Of a stretch of 64,000 nucleotides of DNA, positions 23,901 to 38,620 are shown one piece after another; position 1 is the stretch's first letter; every line of letters starts with the position of its first letter. Below the pieces are notes generated by a model. That model saw nothing but the letters and a program-made list of their open reading frames with translations. It did not search any database and was not told the origin of the DNA. Source of the DNA: Octopus bimaculoides (taxonomy: Eukaryota); the NCBI RefSeq assembly GCF_001194135.2, contig NC_068984.1:16003389-16067388 (forward strand). Direction: 5' to 3'. A program made the position numbers and the translations under genes.

Positions 23901-25972
23901 AGTATGGCTGGAGTCGTCTACCTTTAACTGAAATGACAAGAGCAAGAATACACTCGCACAAAACATAAATAATAATGATAATAATAAGAACACACGGAGA
24001 ACACAAACCTCCACCAAGGCAACACTGACGTCCTCTCAATGATTAGCCAGAGATAATTTTTAAAATGAGAATATCTGAAATAAACTCGACTGCTCTCATA
24101 AATGAGAATACTAAAAATGAACCCGACTGCTCTCGAAAATTAAGTAAAAAGACCAGAAAAATAATCCAGAATCCTNNNNNNNNNNNNNNNNNNNNNNNNN
24201 NNNNNNNNNNNNNNNNNNNNNNNNNNNNNNNNNNNNNNNNNNNNNNNNNNNNNNNNNNNNNNNNNNNNNNNNNNNNNNNNNNNNNNNNNNNNNNNNNNNN
24301 NNNNNNNNNNNNNNNNNNNNNNNNNNNNNNNNNNNNNNNNNNNNNNNNNNNNNNNNNNNNNNNNNNNNNNNNNNNNNNNNNNNNNNNNNNNNNNNNNNNN
24401 NNNNNNNNNNNNNNNNCGATTACATCGACTCCAGGTGGTGGTGGTGGTGGTGGTGGTTAGATTGAGCAGACTTTTGATCGAAGGCATTTCAGCTGTATCA
24501 ACATTGTCTTTTTAGGGCTCTCTCTATTTCTTGACATGAAGCACACTAATTAAAATAAATCTTATCGATGAACAAGGTACTAGCTAGACTGATAAACTTA
24601 CCATTGTTTTGAAATTCCTGCTAGGTTCAGGAATTAAAGTACCAAAGTTCTGTCCATCAAGTAAAAGTTGGTAACCAGTGACTTGAATATTTGGGTTACA
24701 TGGTGTACATTCCCAGCTGATATCAAGAAGAACTTGACCTGAAATAGATTATATTTTATTTATAGAAATATTGGTCCCATGCAGTGAGTTGGCAGAAACG
24801 CTAGCACGCCAGGCGAAATGCATAGCGGTATTTCGTCTGCCGCTACGTTCTGAGTTCAAATTCTGCCAAGGTCGACTTTGCCTTTCATCCTTTCGGGGTC
24901 GATTAAATAAGTACCAGTTACGCACTGGGGTCGATATAATCGACTTAATCTGTTTGTCTGTCCTTTGTTTGTCTGTCCTTTGTTTGTCTGTCCTTTGTTT
25001 GTCCCCTCTGTGTGTAGCCCCTTGTGGGCAGTAAAGACATTGGTGGAATTTGAACTCAGAATGTAAAGATGGATGAAATGCTGCTAGGCAATTTGCACGG
25101 CATGCTAATGATTCTACCAACTTGCTGCCTTTTCAATAATAATAATATTAATAATAATAATAATAATGATAATATTTTCTACCATAGGTATAAGGCCTGA
25201 AATCTTTAGCGAGGAAAATAGTCGATTACATTAACCCCTGGGTTCAAGTGATACTTATTTCATTGACCCCACAAAGTCGACCTCAGTAGGATTTGAACTC
25301 AATGTAAAAATGCAGCTAAGCATTTTGCCTGGCATGCAAATGATGATGACAATGATGATGATGATTATGGTGGTGGTGATGGTGGTGATGATGATGGTGA
25401 TGTATGCACGCATGTATGTTTGTATGTATGTACTAAAAGCTAAAAGGTTACCTGTGTAATTGGAAAGAGCAATGATATACTGTTCAAGTAAATTCTCCAG
25501 TTTCAAAGAAGTCTTGATGGCCAACACTTCCTGCCAAAGGAAATTGCATCAATATTAATATATAAAACAGTTGTGTATAAAAACATATTAGAACCTATGT
25601 TAATGGAGGAAAAAGTATGGGTGGGGGGAGTTAACTAGAGGTTGGTTGCAGACTGGAAAGATGGAGGGAAGAGGCTGGGACACTTCCTGTGCGTCTCCAG
25701 CATCCTTAGGTTACTGGCTTTGATTGATTCCTGTTGTCAGTGGTTAAGGTCTTTAATCTTTAATCTTTTATCTTTTACTTGTTTTGGTCATTAGATTGTG
25801 GCCATGCTGGTGCACCATCTTAAAGAATTTTTAGTTGAATGAATCAATCCCAGTATGTTTTTTTTTAAAGCCTGGTTCTTGTTATATCGGTTTCTTTTGC
25901 TGAACTGCTAAGTTAGGAGGATGTAAACACACTGGTTGTCAAGCGATGGTGGGGGACAAATGCAGACACAAA

Positions 25973-26016
<44 letters not shown>

Positions 26017-29000
26017 CACACTCATATATGATAGGCTTCTTTCGGTTTCCACCTAGGAAATCGACTTATTGTATACAGTGCTCAGATGTACTACAACTCA
26101 TCAGAAAAAGCAGCCAAAAGTGCATGAATGTTACAGAAAGTAAGCACAGGAAGTGAACAGTGAATGAATCATTTTAAAAGGGGAATGGAGAAAGATCAGG
26201 TGTACTGTTGGCAAATTTCAAGAAGTATGGAAGTTTTGAAGGTTGTAGTGTCCCAACAGCTAACAACTGATGTGGGTAGTTTATTCCATGCTTCAGCAAT
26301 TCTGAGCTTGAAAAAATGTTTCCAAAAGTCAAGGGTGCTGCATTGTTTTTTGATTTTGTAAGCATGTCCACGAGTGTTTGACATATGGAATTCAAAAAGG
26401 TGTTTAAGGTTGTTATCAGAAAAATGGTGGATAATCTTATGGGTGTCTACCAAGTCAGTTGCCACACGGCAGAGTTTTAATGTGTCCATGCCCAGGAGAG
26501 CAAGACGTTCAGAGCATGGTAGATGTCTGACGATGGGTATTTATCTGGTTGAACATTTCAGAACAGTTTCCGGGAGATTGATAGCTGAGCAAGGTAAGGG
26601 TCTAGACTGGCGATGCGAACTCTAAGCATGGACATACCATAGGCATATACAACTTTAAATAGGTATCTGTTGCCCCTGGGTAATAAAATCTGCAATAGAT
26701 TTGGTGTTTTATTCTGGAACAAATGTATTTCTTTCTTTCAAAACATTATGAACATTAGGATTATGCATTATAAATCTAAATTTTAAAAAAATCAATAAAA
26801 TATTAATTAGTTTGAATGTCTGAGATGAGTTGTCATTAATTAAACTATAATTTTATGGACTATTAACCTCATCTACGCTACCATTAAAGATCAATATTTT
26901 CAAAATGTAGTGTAGACATAAATATTGAAAAATCTTATGTCTTTAAATGTAAAGATAACAGTCTGAAAAATAATAATAATAACAATAATAATAATTACAA
27001 CCAACCCAGTTTAAGTTAGACCTGTTCAGTTACAATTGTTAAGTTGATAACATGTTGGCGACTTTGCTGATGAATTGTAAGATTTCATCCCATCATGGGT
27101 GCTGTGATCTGCTATGGATGAGACCCTGTGTTTCTTCTGTTTAGTTTACATTGTAGAAGAGTTGATAAGAATAATGATCTTATTGTATACAGTGCTCAGG
27201 TGTACTACAACTCAATGGAAAATGTAAAAGAGTGACAGAAAGCTGAGTCAAGTAAAGAAAGACAGCAATGAAAGCCAAAAGTACATGCATAGTCCATAGA
27301 TAAAACCTAACTGGCACTGATGGTTATGACGATGAGGGTTCCAGTCAAACCAATCAATGGAACAGCCTGCACATGGAATTAACATGCAAGTGACTGAGTT
27401 GTCCACAGACTCACAAACTTTTAATGTATATCTCAGGGAGATTCAGCCTGACACAGAATGTGACAAGGTTGGCCCTTTGAAATACAGGTACAACTCATTT
27501 TTGCCAGCTGAGTTTACTGAAGCAATGTGAAATAAAGTGTTCTGCTCAAATAAAGTGTCTGCTGGGAATCAAACTCATGGTCTTACCACTGTGAGACAAA
27601 TACCCTAACCACTGCACCACACGATTTCACTGAATAAAAGACAAGATGACATGAAAGTGAACAGTAAAAGAGCCCTAAAGAGGAAAAGGTGCACAGAAGA
27701 GAAACAGAAGTTTTGAAGGATGCTGTCATCTGACAGCCAACAAGTAACCTGAGTAGTTTAGGCCAAACTTTGACTATTCTTAGCTTAGAAAAAAGTGTGT
27801 TTCTGGAAGTCATGGGTGTTATGCTGTATATTGATTTTATAAGTATGTCCATGAGTGATTTGTTATTGCGCAACCATAAAAAAGGCTTTTTTTAATGGTT
27901 TGTTGAACACTGAAGAGGTTTTCATTGAAATAATGATTTCTTTAGCAGCATTGCTCTTATGTAATTGCTACTACAATGACTGACTTGATCAGTCTTTACA
28001 CAAACTGATACAGAAATAATCTGATATTGTTATCATCATTGTCATTGTCGTCGTCACCGTCATCGTCCTCATCATCATCGTCGTCGTTGTCGTCGTCATT
28101 ATTTAACATCTGTCTTCCATGCTGGCATGAATTTGATGGTTTGACCGGATCACACATGCTGCAGGACTGTGTCAAGTTCCAATGTCAGATTTGGCAAGGG
28201 TTTCTACACCTGGGTGCCCTTCCTCCTAATGGTAACCACTTTATAATGTGTACTGGATGCTTTTTATGTGGTACTAGCATGAATGACACTGCCCAGTAAC
28301 TTGCAAGACAAGAAACGAAAATGGAATAGCCGTCTTGATTGAATGGGTGGGGATGTATTGATTCTAGCCCAATTAAAAAAATAAAACCTTTGAATGATTC
28401 CAATACATTTTCATCAGTTAAGAAGTTGGTAAAACTTACTTGACTATTTCTAGAATTAGATTTTCTTGTTGGCGTCAGTGAATTTCGGCTAACCTTCTGC
28501 ATATTGTTAAAACTGCTAATTAATCTGAAACAAATGTAGAAGAGTTTTTTTTTCTTCATTGCAAGGAACAGGTGATTAATTAATTCTTTCATAATTATTG
28601 TGGTATTCACACAAGAATATGAGGCAGCTGGAAGATGTTAGACATCAGTCTCTACAGATAACGAGGAGGATAGTTTTTTCTCGTTTGGTTTGCCAAAGAG
28701 CATATTTCTTTTTTTTTTTTTTGAAGTCATTTATTGTTAATGTTTATTGATAATACTGAATAAAAAGTTTGAAGTATGGTTATTTTCATTTTTATAATTA
28801 CTATCTCCCACTTAATTATTCCTTCAAACAGTTCAGAGATGAACTAATGAGGGAGCTCCTACAAAATCTTATATGGACCCCCAAGGATCCATATAAGATT
28901 TTGTTGTTAACATTTATGAGTAATAAATTGGTTACATGTCTACAATACACAAAATATTTCAACAAATCTTTTTATACAATTCCTAATAATATTTAATGAT

Positions 29001-31454
29001 AAAAATATAATGGGATTTTTTAAACATTGAATGGTTAGGAGAGTTCATCTGAGTAAAATGGGAATCAAAGGGTATAAAAATGGTTGAGAACCACCGTTCT
29101 ACTTGGGCACTTTATTTGCTAGAAATAGCAGCCAAATCTCCATCAAATCACACACCAGTGTTTTAAGTATAGAAGTGACTCTTTATATAATGTAGTCTTA
29201 GGTACTCTCAAAAAGATAGGATAATCACGTCTGGATCATCTTTGACTCCCTACTCAATTAGAACTAACTTAGATTACTCAGCAACAGTATGTTGCACCAG
29301 CAAGGGACTTCTACGTAGTTACTGCTAGAAATGACAGCAAAAACTTCCTCAAATCGCACCCAACCCTTTTAACCCTTTTGATACCATCTTCCTTTAGACT
29401 GTCCCTGGTTCTATTGTACAAACTGTTTGTTTTAAAGTGATCTAAATTAAAATTTCTCGTTAAAATTTCATGCTATTTATCTTTCACATATCAACTTATT
29501 AATGACAATTATTTTACTATATTCTTTGCTGTTTCCAAAATTCATTGAAATAAAAGCAGCATATTTCAACAGAAACACAATGCCAAAAAGGTTAAATAAT
29601 CCTTTCTACTATAGGTACAAAGCCTAAAAAATTTAGGGGAGGAGAAAGTCAATTACATCAAGCCCAGTGTTTAACTGGTATTATTTCATTGACCCTGAAA
29701 GGAGGAAAAGCAAAACCAACTTCAGTGGAATTTGATCCCTGAATGTAAAGACTGATGAAATGCTGTTAAGCTTTTTTGTCTCACATGCTAACGATTCTAC
29801 CAGCCTAGTTAAAAAGTTAAATAATAATAATATTTATAGTAAAGTTTAAGATAGTCGAAACCTTATAATAAATCAAATATAAAAAATGCTTATTGGAAAT
29901 GAAAAATAAAAGATTGACAAGGGACATACTTATCTCGAGCATTGAGAAGTTGACATGCTGTCTTCTCCAACAATTGTCGTTCCTGAAGGCCTATAATATT
30001 AACTTTAATGGTAGGAGGTAAGATAGCAGCAAACAGAGTCACTTCAATTGGTTCGGAACATATTATCTTGTTGGTGTGATATATCTAGTATTGAGTATGA
30101 AAATCAGATATAAAGTAGAATCTTTTAAACCAGGGTTACTTTTACAGTTAATCTCAATGATTATATAAGCACCTAAAACAATGAACAGATATTTCTAATT
30201 GTTAAACAAATTTCTGTGTTTCATGGCTTTGGCAAAGGTAGAAGGGTAGCATTGATGATTTTCAGAAAGGTTTCCAAAACTAATAAGGGAAAAGGTGGGG
30301 GGGCAAAAACTATGGAATTATGAATTGCTGCAGTGCATTAAGATAACAAGTTATCAACCTTAAGATTGGAACCATGATCCAAATTCTCACGAAAGAGTTA
30401 CTTAAGCCCTTCACTTCCCATGACATATAGGTTATTGATGGCTTTTCTTCAATGTTCTCAATTCAGGGCTATCTTTTCTGCTTCTCTTCAGTTGGAGCCC
30501 TGCATTTTCAGCTTTGCCTCAGCATCCCACATGGTCCCCTGAGGGAAGGCCTTCCACTCTCGGTCTTGTTGATTTTGAATAATTATCAATATTTTTGTGA
30601 CTTCACTATATTCCAAGTAAGGGTGTTGGCTCTATGCAAACCCATTTTTATCTCTGGGTTAAAAAAGGTGGTCCCTGTTACCCTGACCTCTATCACTTGA
30701 CCTGTCCAGCATGAGAAACACTACCAGGAGCTTGTGCTCCACTGGCACAACTCTCAGGGTCATTGAAGTATACAAGCCACTGGTTTAGTCAAACAAATTG
30801 ACTTCAGTACATATTTTTTAAGTGTAGTACTTATTCTATTAGTTTCTTTTGCTGAACTGCTAAGTTATAGGAATGTAATCAACACAACTAAAGGTGTCAA
30901 GTGGTAGTAGGTGACAAACACAAACACACACACACATCTATGACAGGCTTCTTTCAGTTTCCCTCTACAAGGCTTTGGTCAGCTTAGGGCTATGTAGAAG
31001 ACATTTGCCCAAGGTGTCATGTCGGTGGGACCAAACCCCAGACCATGTGGTCGGAAAGCAAGCTTCTCACCCACACAGCTTATGTTGAAGATAACATGAA
31101 AGTTTTGCAAGGGAAACTGTGATCAACAGCTCACGAGTAAAACTTCTCTTTGAAATGTATTTCACAAATGGAAAACTTACATGAATTTTCAAAGTAATTA
31201 AATAGCATCCCAAATCAAGATCGTCAATTGTGAATGATTGAACATCTGGAAGTATTGGTCCATGTGTTGTTATTACGTCACTACTCGAACAATCAGAACA
31301 CATGATCTGAAAGAATCAAATAATTATAAATGTAAAATTAAACTTTACACTCACAAATATCAACATATTCTGCATCAATTTAAATACGTTTTCATAATGT
31401 ATTTTGTTCCCATTTCCTGGTTTAGGTCAATAATTTAAGTTACAATAATTTAAG

Positions 31455-31517
<63 letters not shown>

Positions 31518-31956
31518 NNNNNNNNNNNNNNNNNNNNNNNNNNNNNNNNNNNNNNNNNNNNNNNNNNNNNNNNNNNNNNNNNNNNNNNNNNNNNNNNNNN
31601 NNNNNNNNNNNNNNNNNNNNNNNNNNNNNNNNNNNNNNNNNNNNNNNNNNNNNNNNNNNNNNNNNNNNNNNNNNNNNNNNNNNNNNNNNNNNNNNNNNNN
31701 NNNNNNNNNNNNNNNNNNNNNNNNNNNNNNNNNNNNNNNNNNNNNNNNNNNNNNNNNNNNNNNNNNNNNNNNNNNNNNNNNNNNNNNNNNNNNNNNNNNN
31801 NNNNNNNNNNNNNNNNNNNNNNNNNNNNNNNNNCGATTAAATAAGTACCAGTTACGCACTGGGGTCGATATAATCGACTTAATCCATTTGTCTGTCCTTG
31901 TTTGTCCCCTCTGTGTGTAGCCCCTTGTGGGTAGTAAAGAAATAACACACAAACAC

Positions 31957-32015
<59 letters not shown>

Positions 32016-32638
32016 CATCTTACCATCTTGTCTTTGGTTGGCCATTTGATCTTGTTTATTGTGCTAGTGACCATTCCATCATACAGATTGTCCATCTGTT
32101 GTCCTTCAGTCATGTGATATGGCCAGCACATTTATATTCCTTACAAAATATTAACTCTCTGGAATTTCCTTCCCTATTAATGCTTTTCCTGAAGGTGTTA
32201 ACTTACAGATGTTCAGGTTGAATATCATCATTATCAATCTCTCCTGTCTCAGAGAACCTGTGAATGTCAAGAGCACTGCCCCTTCCTGTTGTCTAAACCT
32301 GGTCTGGCCAACTCGAATTACATTGCAGGCCACTTTAATCACAGAAAGTTTTTTGAGGGCCACTTGTATACTTTATGCATTAATAGTCAAACAATCAAAT
32401 TTCCATTTTATTCTTTTATTCTTTCATTTGTTTCAGTCATTTGACCTTGGCCATGCTGGAGCATCGCCTTTAGTCAAACAAACCGACCCCAGGACTTATT
32501 CTTTGTGAGCATAGTACTTATTCTATCGCTCTCTTTTGCCAAACCACTAAGTTATGGGGACATAAACACACCAGCATCGGTTGTCAAGCGATAGTGGGGG
32601 GGGGACAAACACAGACACAGACACGCACACACACACAC

Positions 32639-32678
<40 letters not shown>

Positions 32679-35547
32679 TGTTTAAAATTATAAAATTGTA
32701 GGCTGTTGTGTTATTGCCACAGATAAATTNNNNNNNNNNTAAATATATATAGCATTAAGAACTGATAGGGAAGGGAAAGCTTTGCCAGCATAAAAAAGGT
32801 ACATTGATCTTGTTTGCTAGAAAGAACAGCTAAGCTGGTTTAGGTGTCTGTTGTATGTTAGTGTAAGAAGAGGCAGTCAAAGGAAATGTACACCTTTCCG
32901 GTGAAATATAGTCTTGTTTTTGAGACAGTCAAAGAAATTGTTAATGTATACCTTTATCCTTTCTTACCTTAAAGTATTTAATTTTGATTCCAGCTGTAAC
33001 ATAGGGTTTATCCCAACTAATGGTTAGATCTGGCCCAAATGGTGGATCTCTTCGCAGTATTGGTGCTACAACACCAGGCCACTGAACTGTTTGGGGATCT
33101 GAGATTTTACTTGAGAGCCATTCAAAATTAGTCAATGCCTGTCATTTTCAGAAAATAAATGATTAAAAAAACAAAATAAGAAAGAAAGAAAAATTTTATG
33201 TCAGGTTTAATGATGAACACACTAGGACAATTAATTTGGTGTACTTGCTCAATTATTGGTGTTTTCATTTCATTAAACAAATATCCAACTGCTGTAAACA
33301 GTGTAGAGAAACTTAGTCAGCTTATTTGATATAACTTCTAAAGTTAAATCACAAAAAAGTCAGGTGTTAGGTTTTTTTTTTTAATGTTTGGAACTCTACA
33401 TCCTGCCACTTCTCAAAAAAAAAAAGAAAGAATGAAAAAGAGAAGTGCTTTTTGGTTTGAATTCAGTTATTCTCAACAGTTCTAATATTTTCTTTTTATG
33501 GATGAGTAAAGGAAGCTGAGANNNNNNNNNNNNNNNNNNNNNNNNNNNNNNNNNNNNNNNNNNNNNNNNNNNNNNNNNNNNNNNNNNNNNNNNNNNNNNN
33601 NNNNNNNNNNNNNNNNNNNNNNNNNNNNNNNNNNNNNNNNNNNNNNNNNNNNNNNNNNNNNNNNNNNNNNNNNNNNNNNNNNNNNNNNNNNNNNNNNNNN
33701 NNNNNNNNNNNNNNNNNNNNNNNNNNNNNNNNNNNNNNNNNNNNNNNNNNNNNNNNNNNNNNNNNNNNNNNNNNNNNNNNNNNNNNNNNNNNNNNNNNNN
33801 NNNNNNNNNNNNNNNNNNNNNNNNNNNNNNNNNNNNNNNNNNNNNNNNNNNNNNNNNNNNNNNNNNNNNNNNNNNNNNNNNNNNNNNNNNNNNNNNNNNN
33901 NNNNNNNNNNNNNNNNNNNNNNNNNNNNNNNNNNNNNNNNNNNNNNNNNNNNNNNNNNNNNNNNNNNGGTGTGGTCCCCTAAAAAGTCCAGGTTTTGGAT
34001 CTGGGCTGGATATTAAAAAGGTTGAGAACCACTGGTGTGAAGACTTCCTTAACTTATAATGGCAGCTTATACATCTGCTAAATCCTGACTGAGCAAACAT
34101 ATAATCAAAGGCATTCCACTCATGAGATCCCAGTCTTTTTAAAGTGTACATATAAAACTATAATACACACTATGTCCTTCCTTCTCTCAAGATGGTATGG
34201 TATGATTCAAGAGAGATTTAGCTTCTATTTTTACCAGGCCAAGTCACCACAGAAAGTTTCTCATTGGTTCATTGTCTGCCATCTGTTGCCTAGTGGTTAG
34301 GGTGTTGCAATCATGATCGCTAGCTCATGAGTTCAATTCCTGGATTGAGCAGAGCATTTTGTTCTTGAGCAAAACACTTGATTTTACATTGCTCCTGTTC
34401 ACTCAGCTATAAATTGTTAACCCTGAGATGGATTACTCACTTAGCCAGCAGGATGGCATCATTCAAAAGCTAAAACGATGCAAGTGTATTGTGACCTGCA
34501 ATAACAACATCTGACAGTCTGGTTGATCATGTGATCACACGATCTATTGAAGAGTAAGAGGCCAAAAATATCATGCATTCTGTCTCTACTCTTGATTGCA
34601 AATGAACTTAAAAGCATTTGACAAATTTATTTTTGGGTTAATTTTTTTTTGACAGAGACCCTCACTAGTTACTGTCTGTCTGGTTTCACTCACAGAACAC
34701 TAGAGGAGCACTCTGTTGGTTACGACGACGAGGGTCCTAGTTGATCCGATCAATGGAACAGCTTGCTCGTGAAATTAACGTGCAAATGACTGATCACTCC
34801 ACAGACACGTGTACCCCTAATGTAGTTCTCAGGGAGTTTCAGCGTGACACAGAGTGTGACAAGGCCGGCCCTTTGAAATACAGGTACTACTCATTTTTGC
34901 CAGCTGAGTGGACTGGGGCAACGTGAAATAAAGTGTCTTGCTCAAGGACACAATGCTTCGCCGGGAATTGAACTCATGACCTTACGATCGTGAGCCGAAC
35001 GCCCTAACCACTAAGCCACACACCTTCACTACTCACAGAGCATAGCGCAAATAAAGCAGTGGCAGAGTAGTTGCCTTGGGTGGAATACAATGAGATCAGG
35101 CTCAGAGCTGTGTGATGTGATTATGAAGTGGCCATGCCTGTGTCCATATTTTTCCAAATGTTTTTTTAAAATATGTCAAATATTTCAATTGTAATTGCTT
35201 ACCTGAACCTGAAAACTGTATTCTTTGCACCATTCTCCCTCTGTAAAAGTGTACGCAGTTTGGTCATCGGACAGATTTGCTTCCAAAATATTGTTGATAA
35301 ACACCAGATAACCATTTATTTTAGCTTCACCATATTCTAATGGTCTGTTCCATTCTATGGAAATATATTGGAAATTACAGGCTCTGGAATAAACGAAAGA
35401 ATTCATAATTAATAATATATCGGAATCTGGTGCCGCCCCGCCCCTGGTTTACCAGTTTTCAGTCAAACTGTCTAACCCATGCCAGCATGGAAGGCAGAAT
35501 TAAATGATGATGATGATGATTTATAGACATGCAAGCATACACATACA

Positions 35548-35588
<41 letters not shown>

Positions 35589-38574
35589 ACACACATACAT
35601 GCACATGCATCCTTGGATTAATAAAAGAGATTCTACTTAGTTAATTAACATGTTTGATGTGAAGTTTCTCCACTGAGACAAAGCAGACACACTGGTGCTG
35701 GTTCCATAATAAAATAAATTGAGTACACTCATGGCAGATGAAGCAGAAGAACTCAATACAGTCAGTGGCAAAAATGTGTGGCACAACTAGGACACTCTCT
35801 TGATGGGATACAGACTGGTGGTTAACCTCTGTGGAAGAAATTGGGACTACACCATATATATAATTGCAACTGAATTAAATCATAATTCTTAGATGGTGAT
35901 TCTTGTTATTCAACTTGCTGAGAGCATATGATATCTTTCTTTCTTCTTTTCACCCTTTTAAAGCCTAGCCAGGCTCATGGGCCCGGTTTCCTGGTTTCTA
36001 TGGCGTATGTGTTCCCCCCAGCTGGACGGGACGCCAGTCCATCGCAGTGTTACTCAAGAAATAGGAAGAAAGAATGAGAGAAAGTTGGAGTGAAAGAATA
36101 CAACAGGGGTCGCCACCACCCCCTGCCAGAGCCTCGTGGAGCTTTTAGGTGTTTTCGCTCAATAAACACACACAACGCCCAGTCTGGGAATTGAAACTGC
36201 AATCCTCTGACCACGAGTCCGCTACCCTAACCACTGGGCCATTGCGCCTCCACATATGATATCTACTGACTGATTAATAAAGTGGTTGACAAATCAGTAA
36301 AGACAATGAAGACACTTAATCTTGTATTGCTGAGGATAAAGCAACCCTACCTGTGTTGGTGTCATGGTAAAATGCATCCAGGACATTCTGATTGAGTGGA
36401 GACAATGTAAGGCTGAAATAATCCTAGTTTTGTGTTGTTGAGAGCACAACAACTCTAGTGCCACAATAAAATATACCTGTTACACTCTGTAAAGTGGATG
36501 GTGATAGGAAGGGCTTCCTGCTGTAGAAGCCATGTCAAATTTAATTACATTCAAACAAAGTATAGTTTCCCAACCTTAAGATACAAATAACTGTGAATAA
36601 GAATTGACTTACATTGTGACAATCCATTCAACCCATGGCAGTAAGAAAAACAGACACGAAACAATGAGGATGTTGACAATGATGAGAAAAACATTAGGAA
36701 TTATAACCTCACCTAAGAATCACAGCTGGCATATTTGGTGGCGCTGATGTCTGTGTTGTTAGGTAGTGAGATTCATCAAGAATGATATCATTTGGACCAA
36801 CGGAAATGAGCCGTAGATAATGTATTACCCCAGACAAACATTTATTGATGATGCAACTTTTATCAGATGCAAGCAGACAGACTTCTTTTGCCTAGAAATA
36901 ATAACAGCATATTAGTACAAGATTTGCAAAATACAACACACACATGCACACGCGCATGCATGCACACACACACACACACACACACATGTAGCCATGCATA
37001 AGTGCATATACTGGTGCATACATATACACCGATGCACATACATACAAATACAATATGACAGTCATAATTTTGTTCTTTTTGGTGATTTGTTTGCACAAAA
37101 AATTCTTGACCGACAGCATGTTGCTCTAATTTCACAGCCGAGTAACTGGCAGTAGAAAGGGTGTCCAGCTGTGAAAAACATGTATTCTAGGAGTGGCTGT
37201 GTGTTTAAGAACCTTGCTTACCAACCACGTGGTTCTGGGTTCAGTCCCACTGCGTGGCACCTTGGGCAAGTGTCTTCTACTATAGCCTTAGGCCGACTAA
37301 AGCCTTGTGAATGGATTTGGTAGACGGAAACTGAAAGAAGCTTGTCAAATATATATATATATATTTCTGTGTCTGTGTTTGTCCTCCCACCATCGTTTGA
37401 CAACAAATGTTGGTGTTTACACCCCTGTAACTTAGCAGTTTGGCAAAAATGACCGATATATAATATCTCACTATGAGGATATCTAAACCTCTTATAGGGA
37501 TAGTCTTATCCAAGATACCCTGGTTTAATATATTATATTTTGAAGAGATATTTCTTCAATAAATATATTATAAAACATCAGCTATTATTAATAACTTTGA
37601 AAATGGAGAGATTCAATGGATATAAATTAGTTTATTAATTAATTAACATTGCCTACAATTGTTTCTCTTCACACCCAGTTTAAATTACAAAGCATATATG
37701 ATATATTATATATAATAATATAAGTTTGCATACAACTTAGAGGTTCAGCAATAGAGACTTTAAAAAGATAAGCACTGGAGTCAATCAGTCCAGCTAAAAT
37801 TCTTCAAAAAGGTGCCCCAGCATGGCTGTAGTGTAATGAATGAAGTAAAAGATAAAGGTAAAAGACATGTATCATACTTATTGTCTACACTTTAGTGACA
37901 CATCGGTTACTGCAGTATTTGTCTTGGGATGATGGTTAATGGTGACAATAATGGTTATGGGGTGAGAGTGATGGTGGTGGCATCAATGTTGTTATTGGTG
38001 ATGACAGATATGAGGAAGACGACAGTGTTGCTGCTGATGACGATGATAAAGACGATGTAGAGTAGATATCAATGAAATGAAAGGAAGCCTATTTACCTCT
38101 GGCTGAGCAACACTGCTCCACTGGATTTTGTATGATTCCAAACCTTCTGGGGCCATGTAAGAGTTCCATTCTAAGTGAATCTTTGTATCCGTTACCTTTG
38201 ATGCCTTTAAATAGTTTGGATCATTTCTACTCTCTCCTGGAAACATTAACTGATGCCTACCATTCCTCCACCCATTTGTCGATGCTGTCATCACCACCAA
38301 TGTGTTTGACTTTGCTGAGTCGCCATATTGCCAGTTGCCTGATAATGCCACTAAATTAAACTTGTAAACTCTAAAAAAGAGACACAAAACAAAACAAAAC
38401 GAAAAATTAATTAATTAATTGGTTGGCATGGCTGCATGGTTAAGAAACTTGCTTTGCAGCCATTTGGTTTTGGGTTGAGTCTTGCCTTGGGTAAGTATCT
38501 TCTACAATGGATTTGGGTCAACCAATGCCTTGTGAGTGAATTTGGTAGATGGAAACTGTGTGAAAGTTTGTCCA

Positions 38575-38620
<46 letters not shown>

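Noticed and set aside
28185-28610. 141-aa ORF
   Set aside because: Only 28440-28524 is exonic; the rest is intron and family A repeat.
32023-32363. Two apparent donor sites (gtaaga at 32023, gtaagt at about 32206) with open frames on minus
   Set aside because: Exon 32968-33138 joins exon 31181-31306 directly to complete an FN3 (YFK|IMC). No good acceptor gives a compatible frame.
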